64,000 bases of DNA from IMG/VR virus record IMGVR_UViG_3300025098_005131; one strand, 5' to 3'. The notes beneath the pieces were generated by a model that ran no database searches, was not told the origin of the DNA, and saw nothing but the letters and a program-made list of their open reading frames with translations. The translations under genes were made by a program, and so were the position numbers. Shown piece after piece: positions 19,471-30,207 of this stretch; position 1 is the stretch's first letter, and the number at the start of each line of letters is the position of its first letter. Source of the stretch: a virus. Lineage: Duplodnaviria; Caudoviricetes.

Positions 19471-20220
19471 TTATAATGTGTTGCTAGTAATCGTAACAGG
19501 AATAATAAATGTTGCTCCTGAAGAAGCACCTTCTATTTCAATCTGGGTCTTTATTTCATTAGGGTTGCTTGAAGAAGCGTAATACTGATATGTGCTAGTA
19601 GAAACTTTATTTATTGCTGATATAGTAAATGATAAAAATCTTTGGCCTACAAATTCTTGTGTAGTATTTCTACCTTCTATAACACTGTTAACTTCATACA
19701 CAGCAACATTATTTCTATTATCAGGAGGTTCTATGTCTTCTCCTGTTATTTCTAAGAGTTCATCAAAAACTTTTATAGAAAATGTATCATCTATTAGACC
19801 TGACTCTGTTAGCTCAAAGTCTGTGTCTTGACTTAAGAAAGTTTTAACATTAACAACTAAACTTTTGTTATTTGTAGACTCAGAGTTAGATGATAAAGTA
19901 TAGGTTAGCGCACTGTCTTCTAACTGAATTTTTGGGAAAGCAAATATTTCTGTTGTATTATTTGTTAGAGAAATATTTTCATATTTAATTGCAAGATCTT
20001 GATCAGTTATTGCTTCAAAAACAGGTGTGTTTTTTTCAATCTTTTCTTTTCCAATAATTAATCCGTAATGCTTTAATACTTCATAGTCTACTTCATCGTC
20101 AGCAAAACTAAAACTTGTAATATTAAAACTACCGTCATTTCTAGCTAATAGTTCTCTACCTTTTTCTGTTAAGACTGCATCAACTATTATATTGTTTGTT
20201 GCATGATTTAAAAAGCCCAT
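19471..20220 (-). CDS. Tail/baseplate structural protein
   Basis: N-terminal DAVLTEKGRELLARNDGSFNITSFSFADD resembles tail-collar (DUF3751-like) N-termini; GGAG RBS. Confidence 0.5.
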   Translation of the reverse strand: MGFLNHATNNIIVDAVLTEKGRELLARNDGSFNITSFSFADDEVDYEVLKHYGLIIGKEKIEKNTPVFEAITDQDLAIKYENISLTNNTTEIFAFPKIQLEDSALTYTLSSNSESTNNKSLVVNVKTFLSQDTDFELTESGLIDDTFSIKVFDELLEITGEDIEPPDNRNNVAVYEVNSVIEGRNTTQEFVGQRFLSFTISAINKVSTSTYQYYASSSNPNEIKTQIEIEGASSGATFIIPVTITSNTL

Positions 20221-20240
20221 TTATAACTCCTAGTTTTATT

Positions 20241-20248
20241 ATAAATAT
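20241..20248 (-). promoter_or_regulatory. Candidate late promoter ATATTTAT (one instance of ATA[A/T/G]TTA[T/A])
   Basis: Located in the intergenic gap upstream of the GGAG RBS of 19471-20220; the same motif occurs in other gaps. Confidence 0.4.
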
Positions 20249-20278
20249 TATTATATTTCTATATATCGTTAACAAATT

Positions 20279-21925
20279 TTATCTGTCAAAATTTGCAATA
20301 TTAAATTCTTTTTCGTATTTAGATAGCGTATTTAGCTTTAAAATAGTAAACTTAAACTTTGCTTCATCCTTAAAAACATTAATTGTTTGATTGTTATCTC
20401 TAGAGATTTTAGTAAACTCTGGAGTCACGTAAAGTGATATTTTATTGACATTTTGTAAAAAAGGTAAATTATCAACAACGCCTACTTCGTTTTGAAAAAA
20501 CAAAGTTTTACTTTTTATTTTCTCATTTGGCTTGTCTCTTTTAGCTCCTTCTGGAGAAATTACATCATATATTACTTTGTCTTCAAAGGGATCAAACATT
20601 ACTGCAGTTTGTGTAGAATAGTCTGAAATTAGTCCATGTGCGTCAATAAGTCTAAGACAATATATGGTTACTCTACCTGGCTGATAGTCTTTATCAATAT
20701 ACTTAAACGGCAGTTTATTTGGCGTTGCAATAATATTTTCCTGTAAGATAATTTCATTTTTCGTGTATAAATCATTAACACTATGTGCTTCTAGTTGCGC
20801 AATAACTGTAAATGGGTCATCAATAGAATATCTTCTTAAGACTTGTACTCCTCTACCGTCTTCTTGATAGTCTTTTGGAAACTTCCAAGAAATTCTTATT
20901 TTTTTATCATTGTTCACTTTAAAGTTAACTTCTCGTGGCGGCGGCGGCGCTTCAGTTTCTATACAGTCAATATCTTTAGTAATAAAAGGAAAGTCAGTTA
21001 TTAAAAATTTGTTTGTTATATAATGATTATCTGGATCTGGCCAGTTATATAAATAAACTTTACTTACAACATATCGATACGTCTTACCATACGCAACATT
21101 TTCGTCTTCTATTTTGTTTTTTATACTTAATTTAATATCTCCAGGCTTTGAAGTATAAAATTTTCCTCCCAGGTATGTGTAAGTAAAACTACTTTCTTTT
21201 CTAAACTTTTTTACTAATAGGCCACACAATACAGCATTTTTTTTACTAAAGTCTTCAAGTGTTTGATTAGTATTTATATTAGAGCTTAGTTTAACGACAT
21301 TAGGAAACAAAATACCATTTTCTCTTGCAGATCTTAGTGTTTCAATTTTTCCTAGATTATTTGAAGAAATTAATTCATCATATAAATCAATATGCTCTGA
21401 AAAGTCTGATTCAGGAAAATCTTTTTGTAAAAGCAAATTGGATATATTTAACCCTTTATTAAAAGAAACTTTATAACTTGTCTTAAGCAATCCTGCATAG
21501 TAATCTTTAGATTCAATATTATTTGCTAGATAATGATTTAATGAATGCTTTGATTCGTCCACATCCAAATTCACAGTTAAATTATTTCTTTCTGCATTGA
21601 AGTTGTCTATTTCATTAAACTTTTTTATAGTAGCTTGATCAATATAGTCAGTTAGTGATAATAAATAAACATCGTTTTCAAAGTTATTAAAATTGTATTC
21701 TTCATTAGAAAGATTAGAAAAATTAAAACTTAATCTAACAAATCTATTTTTAACTAAGTCTATTTGCCCTCTATCTTTTATTCCTTTGTCAACTATTGAT
21801 GTTTCATTATTTCTATATCTATTGTATACAAAGTCTATTTTAGGCGACAAAGCATCGCTGTTTATTCTAATTCTACTTTTCAAAGAAGAATTTATAGATA
21901 TTAAATTATCAAATACTTTTGTCAT
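20279..21925 (-). CDS. Structural protein with fibronectin type III-like domains
   Basis: DENVAYGKTYRYVV; APPPPREVNF...IRISWKFP; YIDKDY...YCLRLIDAHGLISDYS. Confidence 0.55.
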   Translation of the reverse strand: MTKVFDNLISINSSLKSRIRINSDALSPKIDFVYNRYRNNETSIVDKGIKDRGQIDLVKNRFVRLSFNFSNLSNEEYNFNNFENDVYLLSLTDYIDQATIKKFNEIDNFNAERNNLTVNLDVDESKHSLNHYLANNIESKDYYAGLLKTSYKVSFNKGLNISNLLLQKDFPESDFSEHIDLYDELISSNNLGKIETLRSARENGILFPNVVKLSSNINTNQTLEDFSKKNAVLCGLLVKKFRKESSFTYTYLGGKFYTSKPGDIKLSIKNKIEDENVAYGKTYRYVVSKVYLYNWPDPDNHYITNKFLITDFPFITKDIDCIETEAPPPPREVNFKVNNDKKIRISWKFPKDYQEDGRGVQVLRRYSIDDPFTVIAQLEAHSVNDLYTKNEIILQENIIATPNKLPFKYIDKDYQPGRVTIYCLRLIDAHGLISDYSTQTAVMFDPFEDKVIYDVISPEGAKRDKPNEKIKSKTLFFQNEVGVVDNLPFLQNVNKISLYVTPEFTKISRDNNQTINVFKDEAKFKFTILKLNTLSKYEKEFNIANFDR

Positions 21926-24900
21926 AATATGTTTGCCTCTATAATAAATGAATATCCAACGTTTGACTCTTTTTTCGTATATAGATTTTTACGAAAATCA
22001 TCATAACTCTCTCTATAATCTGAATTTTCATACACTTCTTTGTCTATTCTTCTAATTAACTCACTTCTTTCTATTTTTATATTAAATATATCATAATAAA
22101 TATCGTCTGTGAATATTTTTGCAAACTCTGTCATAGACATATTGTAGTCAAGCATTTTTAAAAAGTCATATGCATAAATCTGACTGTCAATAACCTCTAA
22201 ATTGTTTAACAAGTCCATTGTTCCATTTTCTAAGTTTATAATACTATCAAAAACATCTTTTTCTTTTAAAAATACTTTCTTGAATTCTTGATCAGACATG
22301 TTTTCATATACGTTAGTTGTCATAGAAGATAAAATATTTTTTGACGACGTACTCTCTAAGTTTAGATCTTTTTCATTAAAAACTTTTTGTTTTACATAAT
22401 CACAATATTTAACTGCATTAGAAGTTGCAATTTGATCATATATTAATGCATAAACGTCTTCGTTCTCTCTAATTGACCCATCTTCAGGCTCGAACAAGGC
22501 ATTTTCAAAATTTGTTCCTTCAACTATGTTTTTAATATATAATTCTGCTGTATCTCTATTTAAAATAGACATTCTATTTTCTAAACTCTTAATATTATGA
22601 TCAAAATATCCGACAAAATCATATGGATCAATTTGCTCAAAATTATTTTGTTCTTTAAGCAGTCTATAATGAAAAGGTAAGATATTTGTAAAACAAGGCA
22701 TATAATAATAATTTAGTGGTTTAAAATAAACATCAGGAAATTTATGATTTACAATATTTATTTTAATATGCAATACTTTGTTTTCTAAAACTTCTTTTGC
22801 TAAATCATACTTAATACCTAATCTAATAATATCGATATTTGAATTTCTGTCTATACCTTGTTGTTCATATGTTCTATAAATTTTATGAATAGACTTTTTA
22901 CATAGTTCTTTACTTAGTTCTTCTATCTTTTTATTTGGTCCAAACGCACCATCTTGAGAAAGAGAGTTTTCAAGATTTAAAATTCCTTGACTACTATTTA
23001 GCTTACTATACACGAAGTTTTGGTAAAGATATCTATCAATTGCATACTTTGATATTTTGTTTAATTTTGCATCATTATTAATGTATCTTAAGAAAGAAGG
23101 CAAACTATTTAAACCATCACCTAAGTCTGCCAATAAGTTTTCTACTTCATTAAAACTACTGTTTATACTTCCAGAAATACTTTGTAACTGAATATTTTCC
23201 TTACTATATAACCAATAGTGTAAAATATCATGACTTACTGCTTCAAGATCATTTGTATTACAAAAAGTATTATAACAAGCGTCCAAGTCATTTCTAACTT
23301 TAGTGTTTCCAGTGGGCAGTGCGCCTCCACTGAACACTTGCCTGCGCAGATCTCCCGGGACATAGACTGCGGCTCTAGCTGCCCGCTGGTGGTTTTTTAA
23401 CTCTTCTCTAACCACATCCAAAACTTCATTGTCCCAAATAAGCTCTGGGCTTAAAGTAAACGTTGAATTTCCTTTTGAAACATCATTGTCGCTGCTATAA
23501 AGATTATCTCCATAAGTTCCTGATTGATTAAATTCAAATTTAGTTATTTTATCTATATTTTTCTTAATAGATAAGTTTGTAACTTGGTCGTAATAAAAAG
23601 AAAAATGCTCAGCAATAGGCTTTATTAGATCATATACAACTTGAATAATACTATCATTGTTATTTATAAAGTCTGTTATACTAGATGCGTCATCAAAGTC
23701 TGAATTGTTATAATAACTCATCACTTCAATAATACTATTTTTTAAATTTTTTGAAAGCGTCCCAACAGATTCTAATTTATAAAAGTCTTCAAGATTCATA
23801 GAATATGAAGTAGTATAATTTAAATTATTTTTTAAACTTTCATACCTACTATTAACTTCATCTGTGCTGTTAGTATACGGGTTTATCATTTGTCTATAAA
23901 AAAGATTATCTGTGTCCAAGTTAAGCATAGCATCTTGGCCCTCTAGGATTGTATCATTATTTGTATCTGTTAAATTGTCCTCCATCACAATATAACTAAT
24001 TTCTGATTTTTCTGATGCTATATTAAATAAAACTTTTTTATTGTCTATGTTTTCTATATTTGCTGAAAAATTATCTTCACTGTTTATAGAAGATGTTTTC
24101 TCACATAAATAAGCGTCATAGTTAAATGATTTGCTTGTAATGAAATTTTTAAAAGACTTGTCATCTGAAGATAAAACATAACCTCTATTTCTAATATTTT
24201 GTCCGTCGCCAAACGCAATAATATCAGAGTAAAATAACTTCATAGGCTCTATGTTATTGCTAAATCTAAATTTATGCAGTATAAAAGGAAAAAGAAGTTG
24301 ATATACTTCTCCACCTATTGTAGAAAGTTCTCCGTAACTATCATTTTGTTCATCTCTATTTGCGGCAGCAGTATTTAACTTATACTCGCTTCTTGCTTTG
24401 CTTGCACTTATTTTGCTTAAACACTGCTCACTTAAAGTCCTGATAGTAAAACTTTGTTGCTTTTTAAAATTTTCCGTGTCAAAGACTTTTCCTATATACT
24501 TGTTATAACTTCCGTTAGTTGCCTCATTTAATTCAGTATAACTACCAATATTAAAACCATTTTTTTGCATTAAAGCTACATAAACTAAGTACTTAGCAAT
24601 ATCCAAACTGTCATCCCCAGCAATCGCATCTGATAAAAGTTTTTCAAAGCCAAGAAACCACCAGTTTGTTTGGGAAATAGCTATTTTTGTTGATAGATTT
24701 AAATAATTTAAATAAGTTTTTTCTGATTTAAAAAATCCAACGGGAAAATAATTTGACATAAATTTTCTATAGTCTGAAGAATTTATGTCAAATTGAATAT
24801 TACCGACTTGATTATTTTCTAAAACATATTGATCTAAAGGCTTTACTTTTTCGCTGTTTAACAAAAAATTATTTTTTGAATAAAACTTTTCATTACTATT

Positions 24901-27417
24901 TAATAAAAACTGGCTGTTTTCTAAGCTTGAAAAAGAATGTTCTTCTTTACCATAAACTAAAGAAAACTTGTTTTCTTGGCTTAGCTGATTTTCAAATTTA
25001 TAGTTAGTTAGTTTTTTTGCTTTTTCTTTATAACTATTTAAAAAGTTTATAATTCTTAGTCCACCGTCATTATTTAATTTTAATTTTGCAAATTTTACAT
25101 TCTTAATAATTCTTTTAATTCTTGTTGCGTAAGAAGGCCAATCATTCTGTATGTTTAAAACATCAAAAGGAATATCCTTGCTCGACTTCTTAAAAGAAAG
25201 TTTTCCTTTTTCTATTCCTGAGTATATATTATTTCTTAACGGATGATCTTTTGTTGTTTTTGTATTTGAGTTTTGCTGTATCAATATTCTTTCGTAAAAA
25301 TATTCCTCTTGACTTTGTAAATCTTCATTTCTATTAATAAACTTTTCTTTCATATCACTTAATTTGTGTAATTTGTTTGTATTCTCAAGCAACACAAAAG
25401 GCTGTTGCATGTTTTCTCTGTATGAATAAAAGCTACTTCCGGTATTTTCTTCAAGGACTTTGGCTAAAGATATTTCTCCAGCTGGAACCTGATTTTCTCG
25501 GGAGAGTTCGGGGTGTTCAAGTCTCATCCTAGGACTTGTTATTAATTCATTCTCTTTTAAAACTATTTTTCCACCATCAACTTGATCTCCCCGATCAGGA
25601 TAAATATTTCCCAGCATAGAACGTTTATACTCAAATAAGCTTAAAAAGTTAAAATTACCCAAAATAGAAAAAGAATAAAAAAACTTTTGTTCTGTGGACA
25701 CGCGATCAGAAAACACACCTTCAGGCAACCATGCACTAATTTTAATACCTGATTCACCTGTGATTGAAAGACTATTTACATTTAAAACTGTAAAGCTTGG
25801 GCAGTCTAAATAGTCTTTTACATTACTATCAACTATCGACTTTGCTTTAGTATCTAGTAATAAAACTCTATTTTCTTGCGCTTCTCGAAGTCGTAGTGAT
25901 GCTATTTTCAATACAGCTTTATTGAAAGAAGAAATATTAAAAAGTCTTGAAGTAAATGTTAATTTTGGAACCTCCCATCTTGAGGCTTTAAAAGCTAGCT
26001 TTGCTTCATCCTTAATATTATAGTTAAAAGCTAGCTTTTCGACTGTTTCTCGTTCATAGTTTTGTGACAAATCTCTTAACGAAAAGTCTACATTAGCGTC
26101 TCTGTCATCTGATATTGTAATACGTTTTTTGTCTCTTAAAAATATATTTTTAAAACTGTTTGGTAACAATAACATGTTATAGTATGAATTGTCATTTATT
26201 TTTTTAAAACTTTCAGGCCGTATGTTTTCGTTTGTACTGCTATTTACAACCATTCTGCTTATTGGGTTTAGATAGTTAAATATATTTGAAGATGATTTAT
26301 TGCTTAAAGATAATTCATCATATCTTAAATCATCTGTTTCTATATCGTTAAAGCATGAAATATTTTTAAATTCATCAGCAGTATTATTATCAATATTATA
26401 TAATTCTGAGCTAGTCAAATAAGGGAGTAGTTTAACTATAGGAAACTGATCAAATATTTTTAAACTTAAATCATCGTAAGCATTTAAATTTGGTGAGCTA
26501 CTTTGTAAAAAATCAAAGCTCCAGCTGTCTCTGTATATATTATTAAGAGAAAGTGATGTATTTAACAAGATTTGACTGATAATCTTATCAGAATTTAATA
26601 TTCTATCGTCTTCTATATCTTTTTTATATCTTAAAACAGAAGAGTATATTGTTTCAAGCCTACTCGATTCAGATGGGTTTAGTATTGTATCACTATTTTC
26701 AAAACTTGTTGTAGGAATAGAAGTTGTTATGTTCTCAATAATAACAATTTCTTCTCTTGCGATTCTTCTATAGTATTTTCCTATTTTATTAAAAGTATTT
26801 CCTATAAAAAATTTATGAATATTATTGCCTATACTGTTTTCTTTTGATAAATCATCTAGTTTTTTAAATGACAAGTTTATACTGTCATATATAAAGTTTA
26901 TATCATTATAACTTTCTTCTAAATTAGAATAATATAGGTTTCTATTTAACTCAGCGTTACTGCTATTAATAAAAAACCTACTAGCAATTGTTTCTTGCTT
27001 GCTTTTCAAGTAGTCAACTTTAATGTCAAAATAACTATCTGTATTTATTTTGCCATCTGATGTAGATGTTAAAATTTCATGACTCAAGACAGAAGGAAAA
27101 ATATTTAAATTATCGTCAGACTTTGTGTTTATTAAAAGTCTTAAATTGTTACTAATATTTATATTAATGTTGTTAGTAATTAAATCATCATCACTATCTT
27201 CTGTTAAGCTATCTAAGTATTCATTGTTTAACTCTTGTTGAGTCGTATTATATAAAGCCCTATCACGTAATTCTGACCTAAAAGCACTTATTGCGCTCGA
27301 TATTCTATAATCAGCAGACATCATCTCTTGGACAGCACTAGCAGTATTATTCAATCCACCTATAGACTCATTTCTTCCTGTAGACTCAATTCTTGAAAGA
27401 TTCATTTGATATGTCAT
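21922..27417 (-). CDS. Very large hypothetical Asn-rich protein (probable virion component)
   Basis: Uninterrupted 1831-aa ORF, ATGA-coupled to the downstream gene; no family recognised. Confidence 0.6.
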   Translation of the reverse strand: MTYQMNLSRIESTGRNESIGGLNNTASAVQEMMSADYRISSAISAFRSELRDRALYNTTQQELNNEYLDSLTEDSDDDLITNNININISNNLRLLINTKSDDNLNIFPSVLSHEILTSTSDGKINTDSYFDIKVDYLKSKQETIASRFFINSSNAELNRNLYYSNLEESYNDINFIYDSINLSFKKLDDLSKENSIGNNIHKFFIGNTFNKIGKYYRRIAREEIVIIENITTSIPTTSFENSDTILNPSESSRLETIYSSVLRYKKDIEDDRILNSDKIISQILLNTSLSLNNIYRDSWSFDFLQSSSPNLNAYDDLSLKIFDQFPIVKLLPYLTSSELYNIDNNTADEFKNISCFNDIETDDLRYDELSLSNKSSSNIFNYLNPISRMVVNSSTNENIRPESFKKINDNSYYNMLLLPNSFKNIFLRDKKRITISDDRDANVDFSLRDLSQNYERETVEKLAFNYNIKDEAKLAFKASRWEVPKLTFTSRLFNISSFNKAVLKIASLRLREAQENRVLLLDTKAKSIVDSNVKDYLDCPSFTVLNVNSLSITGESGIKISAWLPEGVFSDRVSTEQKFFYSFSILGNFNFLSLFEYKRSMLGNIYPDRGDQVDGGKIVLKENELITSPRMRLEHPELSRENQVPAGEISLAKVLEENTGSSFYSYRENMQQPFVLLENTNKLHKLSDMKEKFINRNEDLQSQEEYFYERILIQQNSNTKTTKDHPLRNNIYSGIEKGKLSFKKSSKDIPFDVLNIQNDWPSYATRIKRIIKNVKFAKLKLNNDGGLRIINFLNSYKEKAKKLTNYKFENQLSQENKFSLVYGKEEHSFSSLENSQFLLNSNEKFYSKNNFLLNSEKVKPLDQYVLENNQVGNIQFDINSSDYRKFMSNYFPVGFFKSEKTYLNYLNLSTKIAISQTNWWFLGFEKLLSDAIAGDDSLDIAKYLVYVALMQKNGFNIGSYTELNEATNGSYNKYIGKVFDTENFKKQQSFTIRTLSEQCLSKISASKARSEYKLNTAAANRDEQNDSYGELSTIGGEVYQLLFPFILHKFRFSNNIEPMKLFYSDIIAFGDGQNIRNRGYVLSSDDKSFKNFITSKSFNYDAYLCEKTSSINSEDNFSANIENIDNKKVLFNIASEKSEISYIVMEDNLTDTNNDTILEGQDAMLNLDTDNLFYRQMINPYTNSTDEVNSRYESLKNNLNYTTSYSMNLEDFYKLESVGTLSKNLKNSIIEVMSYYNNSDFDDASSITDFINNNDSIIQVVYDLIKPIAEHFSFYYDQVTNLSIKKNIDKITKFEFNQSGTYGDNLYSSDNDVSKGNSTFTLSPELIWDNEVLDVVREELKNHQRAARAAVYVPGDLRRQVFSGGALPTGNTKVRNDLDACYNTFCNTNDLEAVSHDILHYWLYSKENIQLQSISGSINSSFNEVENLLADLGDGLNSLPSFLRYINNDAKLNKISKYAIDRYLYQNFVYSKLNSSQGILNLENSLSQDGAFGPNKKIEELSKELCKKSIHKIYRTYEQQGIDRNSNIDIIRLGIKYDLAKEVLENKVLHIKINIVNHKFPDVYFKPLNYYYMPCFTNILPFHYRLLKEQNNFEQIDPYDFVGYFDHNIKSLENRMSILNRDTAELYIKNIVEGTNFENALFEPEDGSIRENEDVYALIYDQIATSNAVKYCDYVKQKVFNEKDLNLESTSSKNILSSMTTNVYENMSDQEFKKVFLKEKDVFDSIINLENGTMDLLNNLEVIDSQIYAYDFLKMLDYNMSMTEFAKIFTDDIYYDIFNIKIERSELIRRIDKEVYENSDYRESYDDFRKNLYTKKESNVGYSFIIEANIL

Positions 27418-27424
27418 TATTTTA

Positions 27425-28777
27425 TTACTTTTCTATTAAAATATTTGGTTTTAAGTTGCTAGTTTCATTTACATTTAAAAACAATTCTCTTTTTCCAGAA
27501 TTGTTTTCTTTTTTTCTTCTAATAATATTATTAAAACATATAAACTTTTCTTGATTTTTTTCTTCTATAACAATAACGTATCTTTCAATAATATTTTTAA
27601 TAAATAAAGAATTCTTGTTTGTGTTAAATAAAATTTTATCGTTATCAACATTTTTAATTCCCCAGATTCGAAGTGCTCTGCTATAAAACTCTTTATTAAA
27701 GTTACATGTTTGTCTAGAATCACTATTTATAATAACAATTTTATCTTCTTCTAACTTTAAGTTTTTTAGCTTTTCAACAAAAATAAAATCAGAATCTATT
27801 AATATTTTATTATTGAAAGTTTTATGTATTGTTTCTTTAAAATTGTTTTCGTAAAATTCAATGTTGATATTTCTATAAGCTTTTACTGCGCTGATGTTTT
27901 CAATATTTTCAACATACTTTTTGATGTCTACTTCTGCTAAAGATTCATTTGAATTAATAGACTTTTCAATTTTTATAAAATTGTTGTTACTTTTAAAATT
28001 AATATTTAACGTACTATTACAGAAATAATTTTCACAATTAACATAATTATAATCTAATATCGCGTTTAAGTTAGTCTGGCTTATTTTTCCTGACAAACTT
28101 CTAGATGATGAAGCTAAAACATTGTTATTTTTAAATATACTTTTATTTGAATTATATAATTTTTGACTCTTGTTCTGTATATCACTAGATACTTTTAATT
28201 TATAACCTGCACTAGAATCAATCTTGTTGACTTTATTAATTTGCTTTCTTTTTAAATTTTTACCTACAATATTAAATATTTTTTCAAAAACAATATTTTT
28301 TCTATAAGTTACACTAGAATTATTGTTAGTCTGTAAACTTTTGAAAAAATAGTTCTTAGCTAGTTTATCTATTTTTACAAATTGATCTGGAGAAATTCTA
28401 TTTAGCGACGTAACTACACTTTCTTTTTCATCGTCTGTTGCTTGTGAGTTAAATATCGTCTTTAAGTCTTCATTTTTAAAAACAATATACTTAATAAAAC
28501 CTATCTTTTCTAAAACAACAGCAGAACTAATTTCATCTATTATTTCGTACGTATTCGTTTCTTGATTTACAATGTCTGCCAAAATAAAATACTTAGTAAA
28601 AGTTTTCTTCTGATTGTTTTTCATGATATAAATCATGTTGTATTTAAGAACTGTATTTGAATATATCTTGCTATAATATAAGTTGGCGTCCTCTGACTGA
28701 GTATCGTATTTAAGATTTGTTAAATTATTTTTGTTAATATTCTCTATATTAAGCTTTATTCTCGTTAAATTAATCAT
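27425..28777 (-). CDS. Hypothetical protein (extremely AT/Asn/Lys-rich)
   Basis: 450-aa ORF, TAATG-coupled to the upstream gene. Confidence 0.5.
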   Translation of the reverse strand: MINLTRIKLNIENINKNNLTNLKYDTQSEDANLYYSKIYSNTVLKYNMIYIMKNNQKKTFTKYFILADIVNQETNTYEIIDEISSAVVLEKIGFIKYIVFKNEDLKTIFNSQATDDEKESVVTSLNRISPDQFVKIDKLAKNYFFKSLQTNNNSSVTYRKNIVFEKIFNIVGKNLKRKQINKVNKIDSSAGYKLKVSSDIQNKSQKLYNSNKSIFKNNNVLASSSRSLSGKISQTNLNAILDYNYVNCENYFCNSTLNINFKSNNNFIKIEKSINSNESLAEVDIKKYVENIENISAVKAYRNINIEFYENNFKETIHKTFNNKILIDSDFIFVEKLKNLKLEEDKIVIINSDSRQTCNFNKEFYSRALRIWGIKNVDNDKILFNTNKNSLFIKNIIERYVIVIEEKNQEKFICFNNIIRRKKENNSGKRELFLNVNETSNLKPNILIEK

Positions 28778-30207
28778 TACTCATCCTCACAATTATCCGA
28801 CATATTAGTTGACGTCTCACACTCGTCGGAATCATTTGTGCTCTCCTCGCCATCATCTTCATTTGTTTGCAGTGGGTATATATCAAATGGAACAGAAATA
28901 GGTCTTCCTCCTAAATCGATTTGTGGAATTACACATTGAATGCTCAAATTGTTAATATTACTATTTTTAATGTATAATTTATCAAAACTTTTTGTTACTA
29001 TGTTTTTAAATAAAAAGTGACTAGATGTTTCTATTCTTTTTTGTGAACCTTTTGCAAAATAAAGCTTAGTTTTAAGAACATCGCTTACTTTAAAAACAAT
29101 AGAAACATTTGACAACATGTTATATAACTCTTTATTACTGTCTACTATGCTGTTATTAATTTTTATTAAAATATTACTACCAGCAGCTTCTACAGTAAAA
29201 AATCTACCTTCTTGAAAATATTTGTATTTATAATAGGAATAAAAGCTTTCTTTAATTTTTTTTATTTTTGAAGCTTCAACTTGAAATATTTTTTCGCTCT
29301 GAAAAAATAAACTATAATAAAAAGTAATTTCAAAGTCCAAAGTAGCAGAGTCACTTAGCTCTTGGGCTTTACTTAACACATCTGAAATAAAATTTTCTTC
29401 TCTTAAAAGAAGAAAATTAATCCTGTCAATGTCGTTAGCGTTTGCAAAAAATGTTGTGTCACCACATTTTATTTTAATACCGAGAAATGAACCATTAAAA
29501 AATTCACTTAAAGTCCTTAATAATGTGTTATTGTACTTTAAATTAATCCCAGAGTCTAAAAGACTCTTAGCAGAAAGCCTACCAAGAATACCAGAACTAA
29601 AGCTAGATCTTCTATGGAAAAAAGGAGTAATAGTAATTCTTGTTGAACTTAGTAACTGATCTAATAAATTCTGTGTTATACTTCTTGAAGCTAATGAATT
29701 TTGTAGATAACTAAAAGGATTAGCTGATTCTTGGTCAGAAGACGCAATTTCTACTATATTGTTTTCTTTGTTTGTAGCATAAACAGTAAAAACGTGTGAG
29801 TAGTCTTGATCTGCAAAAAGAAATTCTAAAGTAGTTTTTTTAATAGAACAAAATATTGTTGTTGAACCTTCAATTTCGTTAACGCTTTTATTAACAAGAA
29901 TTTTTTGTTTATCAATTTCTCTTTGACCTGACTTTATTGATATGTTTTTTGAAAATAATTTCCTTGTTAAAGAATCATAACTTCCTTTAATTTGGTCAAA
30001 CTCAATATTTCTTGATAGATTAAGTGAGTTACTTAAGTGTGTAGGTTTACTTCGTGTAGTATAGTATTTTCTTTTAATAAGGCATGAAACGTAGATATCT
30101 TCTGTAAGATTTGCTGTGTTTATAACTACTGGTACAAAAAACAAATTTCTATCTTGCGAAGCAAAAATGTTACTTGTGTCTATATTATTTATAATGCCGT
30201 TTTTCAT
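28777..30207 (-). CDS. Hypothetical protein with acidic C-terminal tail
   Basis: 476-aa ORF abutting neighbours on both sides. Confidence 0.5.
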   Translation of the reverse strand: MKNGIINNIDTSNIFASQDRNLFFVPVVINTANLTEDIYVSCLIKRKYYTTRSKPTHLSNSLNLSRNIEFDQIKGSYDSLTRKLFSKNISIKSGQREIDKQKILVNKSVNEIEGSTTIFCSIKKTTLEFLFADQDYSHVFTVYATNKENNIVEIASSDQESANPFSYLQNSLASRSITQNLLDQLLSSTRITITPFFHRRSSFSSGILGRLSAKSLLDSGINLKYNNTLLRTLSEFFNGSFLGIKIKCGDTTFFANANDIDRINFLLLREENFISDVLSKAQELSDSATLDFEITFYYSLFFQSEKIFQVEASKIKKIKESFYSYYKYKYFQEGRFFTVEAAGSNILIKINNSIVDSNKELYNMLSNVSIVFKVSDVLKTKLYFAKGSQKRIETSSHFLFKNIVTKSFDKLYIKNSNINNLSIQCVIPQIDLGGRPISVPFDIYPLQTNEDDGEESTNDSDECETSTNMSDNCEDE

